The notes: generated from the letters alone by a model not told the origin. DNA of 64,000 bases from an uncultured virus (IMG/VR IMGVR_UViG_3300028552_000008) (IMGVR_UViG_3300028552_000008), one strand, 5' to 3'; shown: positions 55,620 to 63,924, counted from the stretch's first letter. A program made the numbers and translations.

Positions 55620-56764
55620 CTAAATTTAATACACTTTATAAGCGGGCTAGTAATGGGAAGATACAGGAATGGACCATAGTTGTAGATGATAATTCTTACA
55701 TAGTTACGGAAGGCATGAAAGATGGAAAGCTAACTACTACCGCTCCTCATACATGTGAAGGTAAGAATCCTGGAAAGAAGAATGAAACTTTAGCAACAGA
55801 ACAAGCTCTGAAAGAAGCCAAAGCAGTTTATGATAAGAAACTTCGTAGAGGTTATGTAGAAAGTATTGGTGACGTTGATAATACTACTTTTGAAAAACCT
55901 ATGAAAGGTTCTAAGTTTCAGGATTATGAAAACGAAGTTGAATACCCTGTAGGTTATGACGATAAAATTAATGGGGTGAACTTTAGAATTAAGGCTAAAG
56001 GGATTGAAAGTACGGGTGGGGAATTCTTTTTAACTGCTCCTCACATCATTAATAGCCTAAAACCTTTATTCACTAAGTATCCAAATCTAGTATTGATGGG
56101 TGAAGGTTATAATCCTAAAGCTGAGTTCCTTCATCAAATAACTGAGATTCTTACAGTAACTAAGAAAAACAAAGACATTACACCAGAATTATTAGCATTA
56201 AGTGAGAAAGTTTGTGAATGCTGGTTATTTGATGGGTACGGCTTTGATAATATTGATGAAAATACTAATTGGATGAAGAGGAGAGAAGCAGTTAAAAAAT
56301 TAGTCAAAGGTTATAAGTATGTTTATGTTTTGCCTTATAAGACAGCTAATAATAAGGCTGAGTTGGATATTGCTTTGGCTGAAAATAAGACTAGAGGTGG
56401 TGAAGGTCTTATGGTTCGTTGGAAAAATTGTGAGATAAAACATGGTAAAAGCAAATATCTACTCAAGCTAAAACATTGGGAAGATGAGGAGTTTGAATTG
56501 GTGGATTTCGCTCTAGGGAACGGAAATTGGAGCACATTTCCTAAAAAAGCAATTTTCAAATTACCTGAACCTTGTAAAGATAGAGATGGTAATATCTTAA
56601 CTACTTTTGCATCCAATATAGAAGGAGGAGAAGAATATCTTGCTAAATTATGGAAAGACCGTAAAGACTTGATAGGTAAGAAATTTACTGTGAAATACCA
56701 GCTTAAAAGTGCTTATGGTATTCCTCAAATTCCTTGGTTAATTGTACCTAGAACATATGAATAA
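55616..56764 (+). CDS. ATP-dependent DNA ligase
   Basis: KINGV (motif I), MGEGY, LFD, EGLMVR, LLKLK; C-terminal OB fold with G.G and GIP. Confidence 0.85.
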   Translation: MTKFNTLYKRASNGKIQEWTIVVDDNSYIVTEGMKDGKLTTTAPHTCEGKNPGKKNETLATEQALKEAKAVYDKKLRRGYVESIGDVDNTTFEKPMKGSKFQDYENEVEYPVGYDDKINGVNFRIKAKGIESTGGEFFLTAPHIINSLKPLFTKYPNLVLMGEGYNPKAEFLHQITEILTVTKKNKDITPELLALSEKVCECWLFDGYGFDNIDENTNWMKRREAVKKLVKGYKYVYVLPYKTANNKAELDIALAENKTRGGEGLMVRWKNCEIKHGKSKYLLKLKHWEDEEFELVDFALGNGNWSTFPKKAIFKLPEPCKDRDGNILTTFASNIEGGEEYLAKLWKDRKDLIGKKFTVKYQLKSAYGIPQIPWLIVPRTYE

Positions 56765-56939
56765 ACAAATAATGAAACAAGCAGGGTTTACTGAAGAACT
56801 TAAACAAATAGAAGTAGGTAATTGTCCTATCTGTCGTAAACCGATAAATTTAGAAGATTTCAGAAATGCTTTGTCTAAAAGAGAATATGAGATCTCGAAA
56901 ATGTGTAATGCCTGTCAGGACTTAATCTTTGGCCCATGA
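56757..56939 (+). CDS. small zinc-finger protein
   Basis: CPIC...FR..LS.REY.IS.MC..CQD.IF. Confidence 0.65.
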   Translation: MNKQIMKQAGFTEELKQIEVGNCPICRKPINLEDFRNALSKREYEISKMCNACQDLIFGP

Positions 56940-56942
56940 TTT

Positions 56943-57248
56943 ATGTGGATAAAATGGAAATATAATGATCATGGCTGGCCTGATTTTAAAGAACTTGAGA
57001 TCCCTGATGATTTTGATGGTTGTGATTCGATAGAGGATTATCTTTGTGAGCGCGGATATGTTCCAATAGGTATTAAAAGATTTCTGTCGAGTAAGATAAA
57101 GTGGGAGAAGATAGACCTTACTTCTCAAGAAATTAAAGCTAGAAAGATAACTTCATTAAAGAATGAAATCCACTATCATACAATGTGTTTAGCTGACTAT
57201 AAGAAAGAATTAGAGGAATTACTTAGAGATGATGTCAAAACCACTTAA
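56943..57248 (+). CDS. hypothetical protein
   Basis: Packed ORF. Confidence 0.55.
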   Translation: MWIKWKYNDHGWPDFKELEIPDDFDGCDSIEDYLCERGYVPIGIKRFLSSKIKWEKIDLTSQEIKARKITSLKNEIHYHTMCLADYKKELEELLRDDVKTT

Positions 57249-57576
57249 AATGTATATCTTTGTGAGAAAATCGCTACCGTCCCACAAAGTAATTAGTGTA
57301 GCTCATGGTGTATTAATAGCGCATTTAAAATTCAGTCCACTCACACCTTTAGTATATAGTAATGAAAACCAGAGAGTATATAATGAATGGCTTAATACCT
57401 CATTTCGCAAAGTAGTATGTGAAGTGACTGATGCGGAGTTTACGGAGCTAAAGAAGGAATCTGATTATATAACAGTAACAGAATCAGCCTTACCTGGAGA
57501 AGAATTAACACTGGTATTCTGTCCTAGATATGAATGGCCGGTAAAGTTTAAAACTTACCCTTTATTCAATATATGA
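57229..57576 (+). CDS. peptidyl-tRNA hydrolase 2-like protein
   Basis: KMYIFVRKSL, VAHG, W...SFRKVVCEV, ES...LVFCPR. Confidence 0.7.
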   Translation: MMSKPLKMYIFVRKSLPSHKVISVAHGVLIAHLKFSPLTPLVYSNENQRVYNEWLNTSFRKVVCEVTDAEFTELKKESDYITVTESALPGEELTLVFCPRYEWPVKFKTYPLFNI

Positions 57577-57806
57577 TAAAAGTAACTATAATATACGTGG
57601 ATAGCTGGTTACAAGGAAGTCATATGGTAAATTTAACTAAAATGGCTAGGGTTGAAGCCTCATCTATCAAAGCTATAATGGAATCTAAATATAGAGATTC
57701 GATTGTCTATATGTTTGAAGGTTGGCCGCTTATGGTAGGTGAAACGATAGAAGACTTAAACAAATCTGAAATTATAACAATAAACGAAGACAGTACTAAA
57801 ATATAA
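57573..57806 (+). CDS. hypothetical protein
   Basis: ATGA-coupled ORF. Confidence 0.55.
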   Translation: MIKVTIIYVDSWLQGSHMVNLTKMARVEASSIKAIMESKYRDSIVYMFEGWPLMVGETIEDLNKSEIITINEDSTKI

Positions 57807-57817
57807 ATAATTAACTT

Positions 57818-57894
57818 GGGTGAGTAGACCAGTGGAAGGAGTCACATGTCTTAGGAACATGGCAGGGTGGGTTCGAATCCCATCTCACCCACCA
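57818..57894 (+). tRNA. tRNA-Leu(TAG) lacking the long variable arm
   Basis: CATGT-CTTAGGA-ACATG; short variable loop; TTCGAAT; ACCA. Confidence 0.85.
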
Positions 57895-57923
57895 AACTAA
57901 TAACAACAATAATAACTAAACTT

Positions 57924-58634
57924 ATGGAACAAACATTACAATTACAACATTTAACAAATAATTCTGACAGCGCATTACCTTCTTTCTCTACTTTTACTGA
58001 ACCAGGTATGTCACAATCAGAGCTATTACTAACTAGAATAGATACTCTGGAAGCTGGGATTAGGGAGATTAAAAATATAGGAGCAACTATAGATAAAACG
58101 TTAAATAGTATACTTGATTTGATTGAACTTAAAGAAGCTAATCAACCAGCTACTACTGAAAACTTTACGCTAACTCCTACACCATCAACTAACGATGTAG
58201 CAGTTTCAATTATACCTACAGCAACTAAAAAATTGCTTAAGAAGGCAGAACAAGAAGGTGTTGTAGAAAAAATGCATGATGCTTTTTCAAATAATCCAAT
58301 ATTGAATGCTAATAAAAATAAATTGGTTCACGCATCTCTACATAAATTGTTTGTATTGTCCTTGGTATTTGATGGCCGCTTTTCGAGTCAAGATGCTAAG
58401 AAGGCCTTGTTAGAATATGGCTTCAATTATGCTGAACAAAATGGACCTACCGCCTTATTACATGATTTTGCTAAACGAGATTGGTTGACCGAAGTTGCAC
58501 CTGGAGATACTACTCAGAATAAAAAACTTTCGTTCTATATCGTGAATCAAAAAATCCTCTCTGTTATTGCAATATTGTTAAACCCGGCTATTTTTATTGA
58601 ATTGTATGATGATAGTAGAATAACTACTGCATAG
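57924..58634 (+). CDS. hypothetical protein (possible C-terminal wHTH)
   Basis: Start moved to ATG 57924, after tRNA-Leu. Confidence 0.65.
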   Translation: MEQTLQLQHLTNNSDSALPSFSTFTEPGMSQSELLLTRIDTLEAGIREIKNIGATIDKTLNSILDLIELKEANQPATTENFTLTPTPSTNDVAVSIIPTATKKLLKKAEQEGVVEKMHDAFSNNPILNANKNKLVHASLHKLFVLSLVFDGRFSSQDAKKALLEYGFNYAEQNGPTALLHDFAKRDWLTEVAPGDTTQNKKLSFYIVNQKILSVIAILLNPAIFIELYDDSRITTA

Positions 58635-58679
58635 TTCTACATAATAGTGATTTAATAATCGAAGACTAGACCCTTTCTT

Positions 58680-59087
58680 ATGACAATAACAAAAATAGCT
58701 AATAGATGGTATGACGAAAACAATAATAGCTGGTTATCAGAAGAAGCAGCTACTCAATACTCACTTACCCTAACTAATTGTAGTAGGTGTAGTGATTGTA
58801 GTAATTGTATTGATTGTAGAGATTGTAGTAATTGGTGTAGTAATTGTAATAATTGTAGAGATTGTAGTTATTGTATATATTGTAGTGATTGTAGTTATTG
58901 TATATATTGTATTGATTGTAATATTTGTAGTGATTGTAGTAGTTGTATTAATTGTAGTAATTGTAGTGATTGTAGAGATTGTAGTAGTTGTATTGATTGT
59001 AGTGATTGTACTAATAATAAGAAGTATGAACCAGTAACTAGACCATTTATAGACTGTACTAACAGACTATTAGAACCAGATTTATGA
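58680..59087 (+). CDS. (Cxx)n cysteine-repeat family protein with C-terminal tag
   Basis: Ends NRLLEPDL; tail identical to 59626..60057. Confidence 0.8.
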   Translation: MTITKIANRWYDENNNSWLSEEAATQYSLTLTNCSRCSDCSNCIDCRDCSNWCSNCNNCRDCSYCIYCSDCSYCIYCIDCNICSDCSSCINCSNCSDCRDCSSCIDCSDCTNNKKYEPVTRPFIDCTNRLLEPDL

Positions 59088-59332
59088 CAAATATCACAGT
59101 ACGAGATAAATATGACCAATCTATAGAAGTAGGAAATAATGTTATAGTAAAGTATTATGGCAGTATTTATAAAGGAACTGTCATTAATATTAAACTAATA
59201 AATAGTACTGGGACTAGTACCAGTGATTTTTGTGCTCATTTAAGAGATTATTGGATTAAAGTTATCATCCATTCACCTATTAGAGGAGATAAAGAGATAA
59301 CTAGTAAATCAGGAGAAATAATAAGAATATGA
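59084..59332 (+). CDS. KOW/SH3-like small protein (untagged)
   Basis: IEVGNNV...YKGTVINI. Confidence 0.6.
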   Translation: MTNITVRDKYDQSIEVGNNVIVKYYGSIYKGTVINIKLINSTGTSTSDFCAHLRDYWIKVIIHSPIRGDKEITSKSGEIIRI

Positions 59333-59601
59333 AATATAATCTAGTTCAAATTCGTAGTCATATAAAGAATCAACTTCGTGTTTCCTTTGAAGAAATTGAA
59401 ATAGAAGGTGAAGTAATAGAAATCAGTTCACCAATGAATACTGGATTTTATTATTGCCTGGCTAAAAGAGGCAAGAAATATGCTTTTGATAGATTAAAGA
59501 AACATTTAATAAAAATGTATGATAAAGAAATTACAAAGATAACAAAAGAGTTAGACATGCTTAAAGCCGTAGAATATCCACATCGAAAAATAAGACATTA
59601 A
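59329..59601 (+). CDS. hypothetical protein; tag sequence follows out of frame
   Basis: GAC ATT AAT GAT AGA AAG TTG GAA CCA GAC TTA TGA (DINDRKLEPDL*) lies in another frame at 59594-59629. Confidence 0.6.
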   Translation: MKYNLVQIRSHIKNQLRVSFEEIEIEGEVIEISSPMNTGFYYCLAKRGKKYAFDRLKKHLIKMYDKEITKITKELDMLKAVEYPHRKIRH

Positions 59602-59625
59602 TGATAGAAAGTTGGAACCAGACTT

Positions 59626-60057
59626 ATGACAATAACAAAAAGAGCTGATAGATGGTATGACGAAAACGGTAATAGTTGGATAACTGAAGAACTAGCTACT
59701 ACTGACTCTCCTACCCTAACTAATTGTTATAATTGTAGAGGTTGTAGTAATTGTAGAGATTGTAGTTATTGTATATATTGTAGTGATTGTAGTAATTGTA
59801 TTAGTTGTATTAGTTGTAGTGATTGTAGTAATTGTAGTAATTGTTATAGTTGTATTGATTGTAGTAATTGTAGTGATTGTTATAGTTGTAGAGATTGTAG
59901 TAGTTGTATTGATTGTAGTAGTTGTAGTGGTTGTAGAGATTGTAGTAATTGTAATAATTGTATTTATTGTAGTGATTGTACTAATAATAAGAAGTATGAA
60001 CCAGTAACTAGACCATTTATAGACTGTACTAACAGACTATTAGAACCAGATTTATGA
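59626..60057 (+). CDS. (Cxx)n cysteine-repeat family protein with C-terminal tag
   Basis: Ends NRLLEPDL. Confidence 0.8.
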   Translation: MTITKRADRWYDENGNSWITEELATTDSPTLTNCYNCRGCSNCRDCSYCIYCSDCSNCISCISCSDCSNCSNCYSCIDCSNCSDCYSCRDCSSCIDCSSCSGCRDCSNCNNCIYCSDCTNNKKYEPVTRPFIDCTNRLLEPDL

Positions 60058-60899
60058 AAGCACATTGGATCATAGAAAATTTTACAGATTCGGAGGATTA
60101 CAGGGATTTAATTAAAGCAGTAAAAGATTTAGGCAAGGAATGCTTTGTAATAGATAAACGTAATCATTTTGATTTTAATCCTGCCTCATTTGTGGAAAAT
60201 GAATGTGTAATAGTTCAAGGGTCAATTCAAATGGTTAAGAATATAGAATCTAGGTTACCTAAAAATTGCTTTCCCATCAAATATTGCACCTTCAACAATT
60301 ATCTTTGCTCGGTTTACTATCCTAAATTAAAAGACTTCCTATTTAATGATAAGTATGTATTACTTCCGCTAAAAGAACTTAAAGAGAATAAGTTTGATTA
60401 TTATCAGAAGTTTGGAAAAGAAGCACTTATATTTGTAAGACCGGATAGTGGAGAAAAGACATTTCAAGCCCAACTCTTAGATTTGCAGGATTTCGACAGA
60501 TTTTGGACTAACTCTATAGCTTCCAGTACTTTAGATGATGATTTAGTACTAGTTTCTACGCCTAAAGATATAATAGGTGAGTGGCGTTTTATATGTTCAA
60601 AGTATAACGATGGGGAAATCATAACTCAATCTACTTATCGATATCAAGGCAAGTTATGTTATATACCTGCTGCACCTGTTAAAGCAACTGAACTTTGTAA
60701 AAATATATTAAAGGTTCAATATTACCCAGACTCTGTTTTTTGCATAGATATCTGCCAGGCTGGGGATAACAAGTTCTATTTATTAGAATTAACCTCCTTT
60801 TCTAGTGCTGGTCTATATGCTACCGATAAAAAGAAGATAGCAACTAGAGTAAGTGAAATAACCGAATTTGAATATGGAAGAGAAATATTCTATAGGTGA
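60054..60899 (+). CDS. ATP-grasp domain protein (DUF4343/R2K-like)
   Basis: FVRPDSGEKTF, EWRF, FCIDI, LELTSFSSAGLY. Confidence 0.75.
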   Translation: MKAHWIIENFTDSEDYRDLIKAVKDLGKECFVIDKRNHFDFNPASFVENECVIVQGSIQMVKNIESRLPKNCFPIKYCTFNNYLCSVYYPKLKDFLFNDKYVLLPLKELKENKFDYYQKFGKEALIFVRPDSGEKTFQAQLLDLQDFDRFWTNSIASSTLDDDLVLVSTPKDIIGEWRFICSKYNDGEIITQSTYRYQGKLCYIPAAPVKATELCKNILKVQYYPDSVFCIDICQAGDNKFYLLELTSFSSAGLYATDKKKIATRVSEITEFEYGREIFYR

Positions 60900-61116
60900 T
60901 CTTGTTGAATTATTAAATTTAGGTGAAGGGGAGATCGTCTCTATAAAAAACACTTATTATCATATGAGAATGTTGAATCATGTATCTATTGGTAAACGTG
61001 ATTTAGATCCGGGAGATATACTTAATGTGTGGCCTGACGAAATAGTAAAAAAGATAGTAATTCTAAGACCTGATTATAGTAACTTAGATGAAAGAAGAAT
61101 TGATATTGAATTATGA
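60868..61116 (+). CDS. KOW/SH3-like small protein with C-terminal tag
   Basis: YSIGDLV; ends ERRIDIEL. Confidence 0.68.
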   Translation: MNMEEKYSIGDLVELLNLGEGEIVSIKNTYYHMRMLNHVSIGKRDLDPGDILNVWPDEIVKKIVILRPDYSNLDERRIDIEL

Positions 61117-61361
61117 ATGATTATAAGGTAGGTGATGTGATTGAGGCTTTTTATGTAGCATCTATTTATTGTACAGGTAAAATAGTAGAATTTAAGTTTA
61201 AGGGAGTTCTCATACGTATACTAGAAGACATGAATTACAATGATATAATATGTTATCCTAGTAATACACAGTTATTTCTCCCATTTGAAAATATCATAGG
61301 GTTTAGTCAACTTATTAGAACAGAAAACATATATGAACGAAACCTTGACCCATATTTATAA
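61113..61361 (+). CDS. KOW/SH3-like small protein with C-terminal tag
   Basis: YKVGDVI; ends ERNLDPYL. Confidence 0.68.
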   Translation: MNDYKVGDVIEAFYVASIYCTGKIVEFKFKGVLIRILEDMNYNDIICYPSNTQLFLPFENIIGFSQLIRTENIYERNLDPYL

Positions 61362-61611
61362 TATAGGTGATGAAGTTAGTGGGAATTATGCACAATTAGC
61401 TGAGTTTAAAGGATTTATAGTATCATATAAATTTTATTTCAATAAACCTTGGTATTATGTACAGCTAACTGAACGCATATTTATACACAAAGAATTACCT
61501 ATAGGTTGGATCATAGCTGTTTCAGAGATGGAAATTAAGGAAGTTAAAAAATTAAGAAAAGAAAACATATATGAGCGAAACCTTGACCCATATTTATAAT
61601 ATAGGTGATGA
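61322..61611 (+). repeat. 52-bp direct repeat (61322-61373 and 61560-61611, one mismatch)
   Basis: AGAAAACATATATGA(A/G)CGAAACCTTGACCCATATTTATAATATAGGTGATGA occurs twice. Confidence 0.85.
61333..61599 (+). CDS. KOW/SH3-like small protein with C-terminal tag
   Basis: YNIGDEV; ends ERNLDPYL. Confidence 0.68.
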   Translation: MNETLTHIYNIGDEVSGNYAQLAEFKGFIVSYKFYFNKPWYYVQLTERIFIHKELPIGWIIAVSEMEIKEVKKLRKENIYERNLDPYL

Positions 61612-61789
61612 GGTGGCATTTTATAGAGGTACTCATAGGTTTGAAGGTAGAATAATAAATAGCGCAGCATTTCATGATCATTGGTGTGTTCAATTATTGA
61701 ACTCTAAATTTATGTCAGTACATAAACAATGTTGTAATAAAATTAGAAAAGAAAATCCTTTAGATAGGAAACTAGAGCTTGATTTATGA
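61571..61789 (+). CDS. KOW/SH3-like small protein with C-terminal tag
   Basis: YNIGDEV; ends DRKLELDL. Confidence 0.68.
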   Translation: MSETLTHIYNIGDEVAFYRGTHRFEGRIINSAAFHDHWCVQLLNSKFMSVHKQCCNKIRKENPLDRKLELDL

Positions 61790-62343
61790 CAATAACTAAA
61801 AGAGATAATAGATGGTTTGACGAAAACAATAATAGCTGGGATAGTGAAGAAGAAGCTACTCTATACTCACCTACCCTAACCGATTGTACTAGTTGTTTTA
61901 ATTGTTATAGTTGTATTGATTGTAGTAGTTGTATTGATTGTAGAGATTGTAGTAGTTGTATTGATTGTAGTAATTGTAGAGATTGTACTAGTTGTGATAG
62001 TTGTAGTGGTTGCATTGATTGTAGTGGTTGTGTTGATTGTAGAGATTGTAGTGGTTGTAGTGGTTGTATTTATTGTATATATTGTAGTGATTGTAGTGAG
62101 TGTTATGGATGTAGAGATTGTAGTAATTGTAGTAATTGTTATAGTTGTATTGATTGTAGTAATTGTAGTGATTGTAGAGATTGTAATAATTGTAGAGATT
62201 GTAGTAGTTGTATTGATTGTAGAGATTGTAGTTATTGTAGTAGTTGTATTGGTTGTAATGACTGGACTAATAACATGAAATATGAACCGGTAATTAGACC
62301 ATTTATAGACTGTACTAACAGACTATTAGAACCAGACTTATGA
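61786..62343 (+). CDS. (Cxx)n cysteine-repeat family protein with C-terminal tag (longest copy)
   Basis: 185 aa; ends NRLLEPDL. Confidence 0.8.
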   Translation: MTITKRDNRWFDENNNSWDSEEEATLYSPTLTDCTSCFNCYSCIDCSSCIDCRDCSSCIDCSNCRDCTSCDSCSGCIDCSGCVDCRDCSGCSGCIYCIYCSDCSECYGCRDCSNCSNCYSCIDCSNCSDCRDCNNCRDCSSCIDCRDCSYCSSCIGCNDWTNNMKYEPVIRPFIDCTNRLLEPDL

Positions 62344-62582
62344 CACAAAAGGAATATAAAGTAGGAGATGTGGTTGATTTTGAGGTTAGTAATTTGAAAG
62401 GAATAGGAACTATAACACCATATAATGGAGACATAATGTATGCTGTAATTATAGAGGAATTTCCCGGTATACCTAGTAGAACTAAATGGCATATATTTCC
62501 TGATGAAATAACAGGTATACATGTTGAACCTAGAATAGAATTTGACATCACAAAAGATAGAAGATTAGAGTTAGAACTATGA
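62340..62582 (+). CDS. KOW/SH3-like small protein with C-terminal tag
   Basis: YKVGDVV; ends DRRLELEL. Confidence 0.68.
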   Translation: MTQKEYKVGDVVDFEVSNLKGIGTITPYNGDIMYAVIIEEFPGIPSRTKWHIFPDEITGIHVEPRIEFDITKDRRLELEL

Positions 62583-62833
62583 ATGAATTTGAAGAAGGAA
62601 TGAAAGTTATAGTTACTTTTTATAGCGGTAATAAAGCTGTAGGAATAATAATATGGTATGCTGATGATACTTCCTATGAAGTTGAAGTCTTGCATTATAC
62701 AGAAATTAATGATAAAGAGAAAACGGTGGAGACATTTCCAAATCCTTATAGTAACATTAACTTCATAAATACCGAAGCAATACCAAGTAGAACAGAGAAT
62801 CCTTTTGATAGAAAATTGGAACCAGATCTATGA
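62579..62833 (+). CDS. KOW/SH3-like small protein with C-terminal tag
   Basis: FEEGMKV; ends DRKLEPDL. Confidence 0.68.
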   Translation: MNEFEEGMKVIVTFYSGNKAVGIIIWYADDTSYEVEVLHYTEINDKEKTVETFPNPYSNINFINTEAIPSRTENPFDRKLEPDL

Positions 62834-63081
62834 GTGAATATAAAGTAGGAGATGTTGTAGTTTATTGGTCTATTAGTTCTAACTCAGAGGCAGTTGCTAA
62901 GATAGTCGAAACCGATTGGACTAGTTTTAATTATTTAAGGGTAATTATAATAAAACATGATCATCTTAGTGCAGGTACATCAATTTATTTAACAGAGAGT
63001 GAAATAATAAGATTGGACGGTCCCATTATAAAACACTGTTTTGATATTATGTTAGATAGAAGATTAGATTTGGAACTATAA
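62830..63081 (+). CDS. KOW/SH3-like small protein with C-terminal tag
   Basis: YKVGDVV; ends DRRLDLEL. Confidence 0.68.
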   Translation: MSEYKVGDVVVYWSISSNSEAVAKIVETDWTSFNYLRVIIIKHDHLSAGTSIYLTESEIIRLDGPIIKHCFDIMLDRRLDLEL

Positions 63082-63213
63082 GTAACTGTTTTACCTTATA
63101 TACCACATTCTCTACTCCAATCTACCACTCTCTCCCCATAATCCTCCCCATCACTCACAATTTCAACTACTTACGAAACTTGTATTAACTCTATATAATA
63201 ACTTTCCAACTAT

Positions 63214-63480
63214 ATGAATCCTAAAGTAGAACTAATAAAAATAAACAAAATCCCAATTAGTATAGGTGTGGATAAATACGTATTCCCTATTAAAAATAGT
63301 ATAGTACATCATAACCAAGACTCACTACTAGGCTCTACTATAGTATCAGATCCAGGTTATAGTGTATTAGGATTTCGCCGTGACCCTAAAGCTCTATCCA
63401 ACCATAATCTAGCCTTTGAACTAGCAGAACTAGCCTGGAAAATACAAGAATTTGATCTTATATATGAAAACACTAGCTAA
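63214..63480 (+). CDS. hypothetical protein
   Basis: 88-aa ORF. Confidence 0.55.
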   Translation: MNPKVELIKINKIPISIGVDKYVFPIKNSIVHHNQDSLLGSTIVSDPGYSVLGFRRDPKALSNHNLAFELAELAWKIQEFDLIYENTS

Positions 63481-63697
63481 CTACCTCAATGACCCGGATA
63501 ATGACTTAACTGTTGAACTTGATGCTGAATTATTAAAGAAGATTCAACTAGATACTCTTTATAGTCTATTAATTAAGAGTACTGAAGCCTTAAATCTGCC
63601 TGCTATCTCTAAGGAGCATACTGATATAATGGTAATTCATTTAATCCTTAATGAAATAGAACTTTTGAAATATGGATTCAACATTAAAGAAGTGTAA
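63464..63697 (+). CDS. hypothetical protein
   Basis: ORF starting MKTLANY. Confidence 0.5.
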   Translation: MKTLANYLNDPDNDLTVELDAELLKKIQLDTLYSLLIKSTEALNLPAISKEHTDIMVIHLILNEIELLKYGFNIKEV

Positions 63698-63720
63698 GAA
63701 ACTAATAACCTGGGCTGAGC

Positions 63721-63921
63721 ATGAAATTAAAGATTGAATACTTGAAACTACTATATAAAAGAGTACTTAACTGTATATACTATGCTTGTTTGACTGACCA
63801 ATACTTAAGTTGTATAGTACTAATTATAGTTTATCCTATATCTCTTATTATAGTGAATCTATATAACAAAGTTGTAATTAAAGATAGTAAACCTAATTGT
63901 TGGAATGATTTTTTCTTCTAA
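63721..63921 (+). CDS. hypothetical small membrane protein
   Basis: Hydrophobic CIVLIIVYPISLIIV. Confidence 0.45.
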   Translation: MKLKIEYLKLLYKRVLNCIYYACLTDQYLSCIVLIIVYPISLIIVNLYNKVVIKDSKPNCWNDFFF

Positions 63922-63924
63922 GAT

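Noticed and set aside
41391..57923. Track ORF starts at 41391, 41962, 44877, 48809 and 57867
   Set aside because: They run through tRNA genes. Starts were moved downstream or the ORF was dropped.
10290..62260. Diversity-generating retroelement explanation for NNT codon variation in the Cys repeats
   Set aside because: No reverse transcriptase or AAT-rich template repeat is in the window. Variation is dominated by a few recurring units (AGT, GAT, AGA-GAT) and by length changes, which fits slippage and recombination better. An RT elsewhere in the genome would reopen this.
10321..62278. Poly-Val/Ile (+ strand) and poly-Thr/Ile (- strand) ORFs such as 10321, 12546, 12586, 39831, 39889, 43487, 43554, 52035, 54680, 58792, 59783, 61916
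   Set aside because: These are alternative-frame shadows of the TGT-NNT-NNT repeat. Only the Cys frame has the conserved head, tail and coupled start/stop.
10620..63081. The C-terminal motif as a purely DNA-level recombination site or a by-product of TTATGA coupling
   Set aside because: Synonymous codon variation and retention of the terminal Leu before TAA/TAG indicate peptide-level selection. Coupling and recombination may still contribute secondarily.
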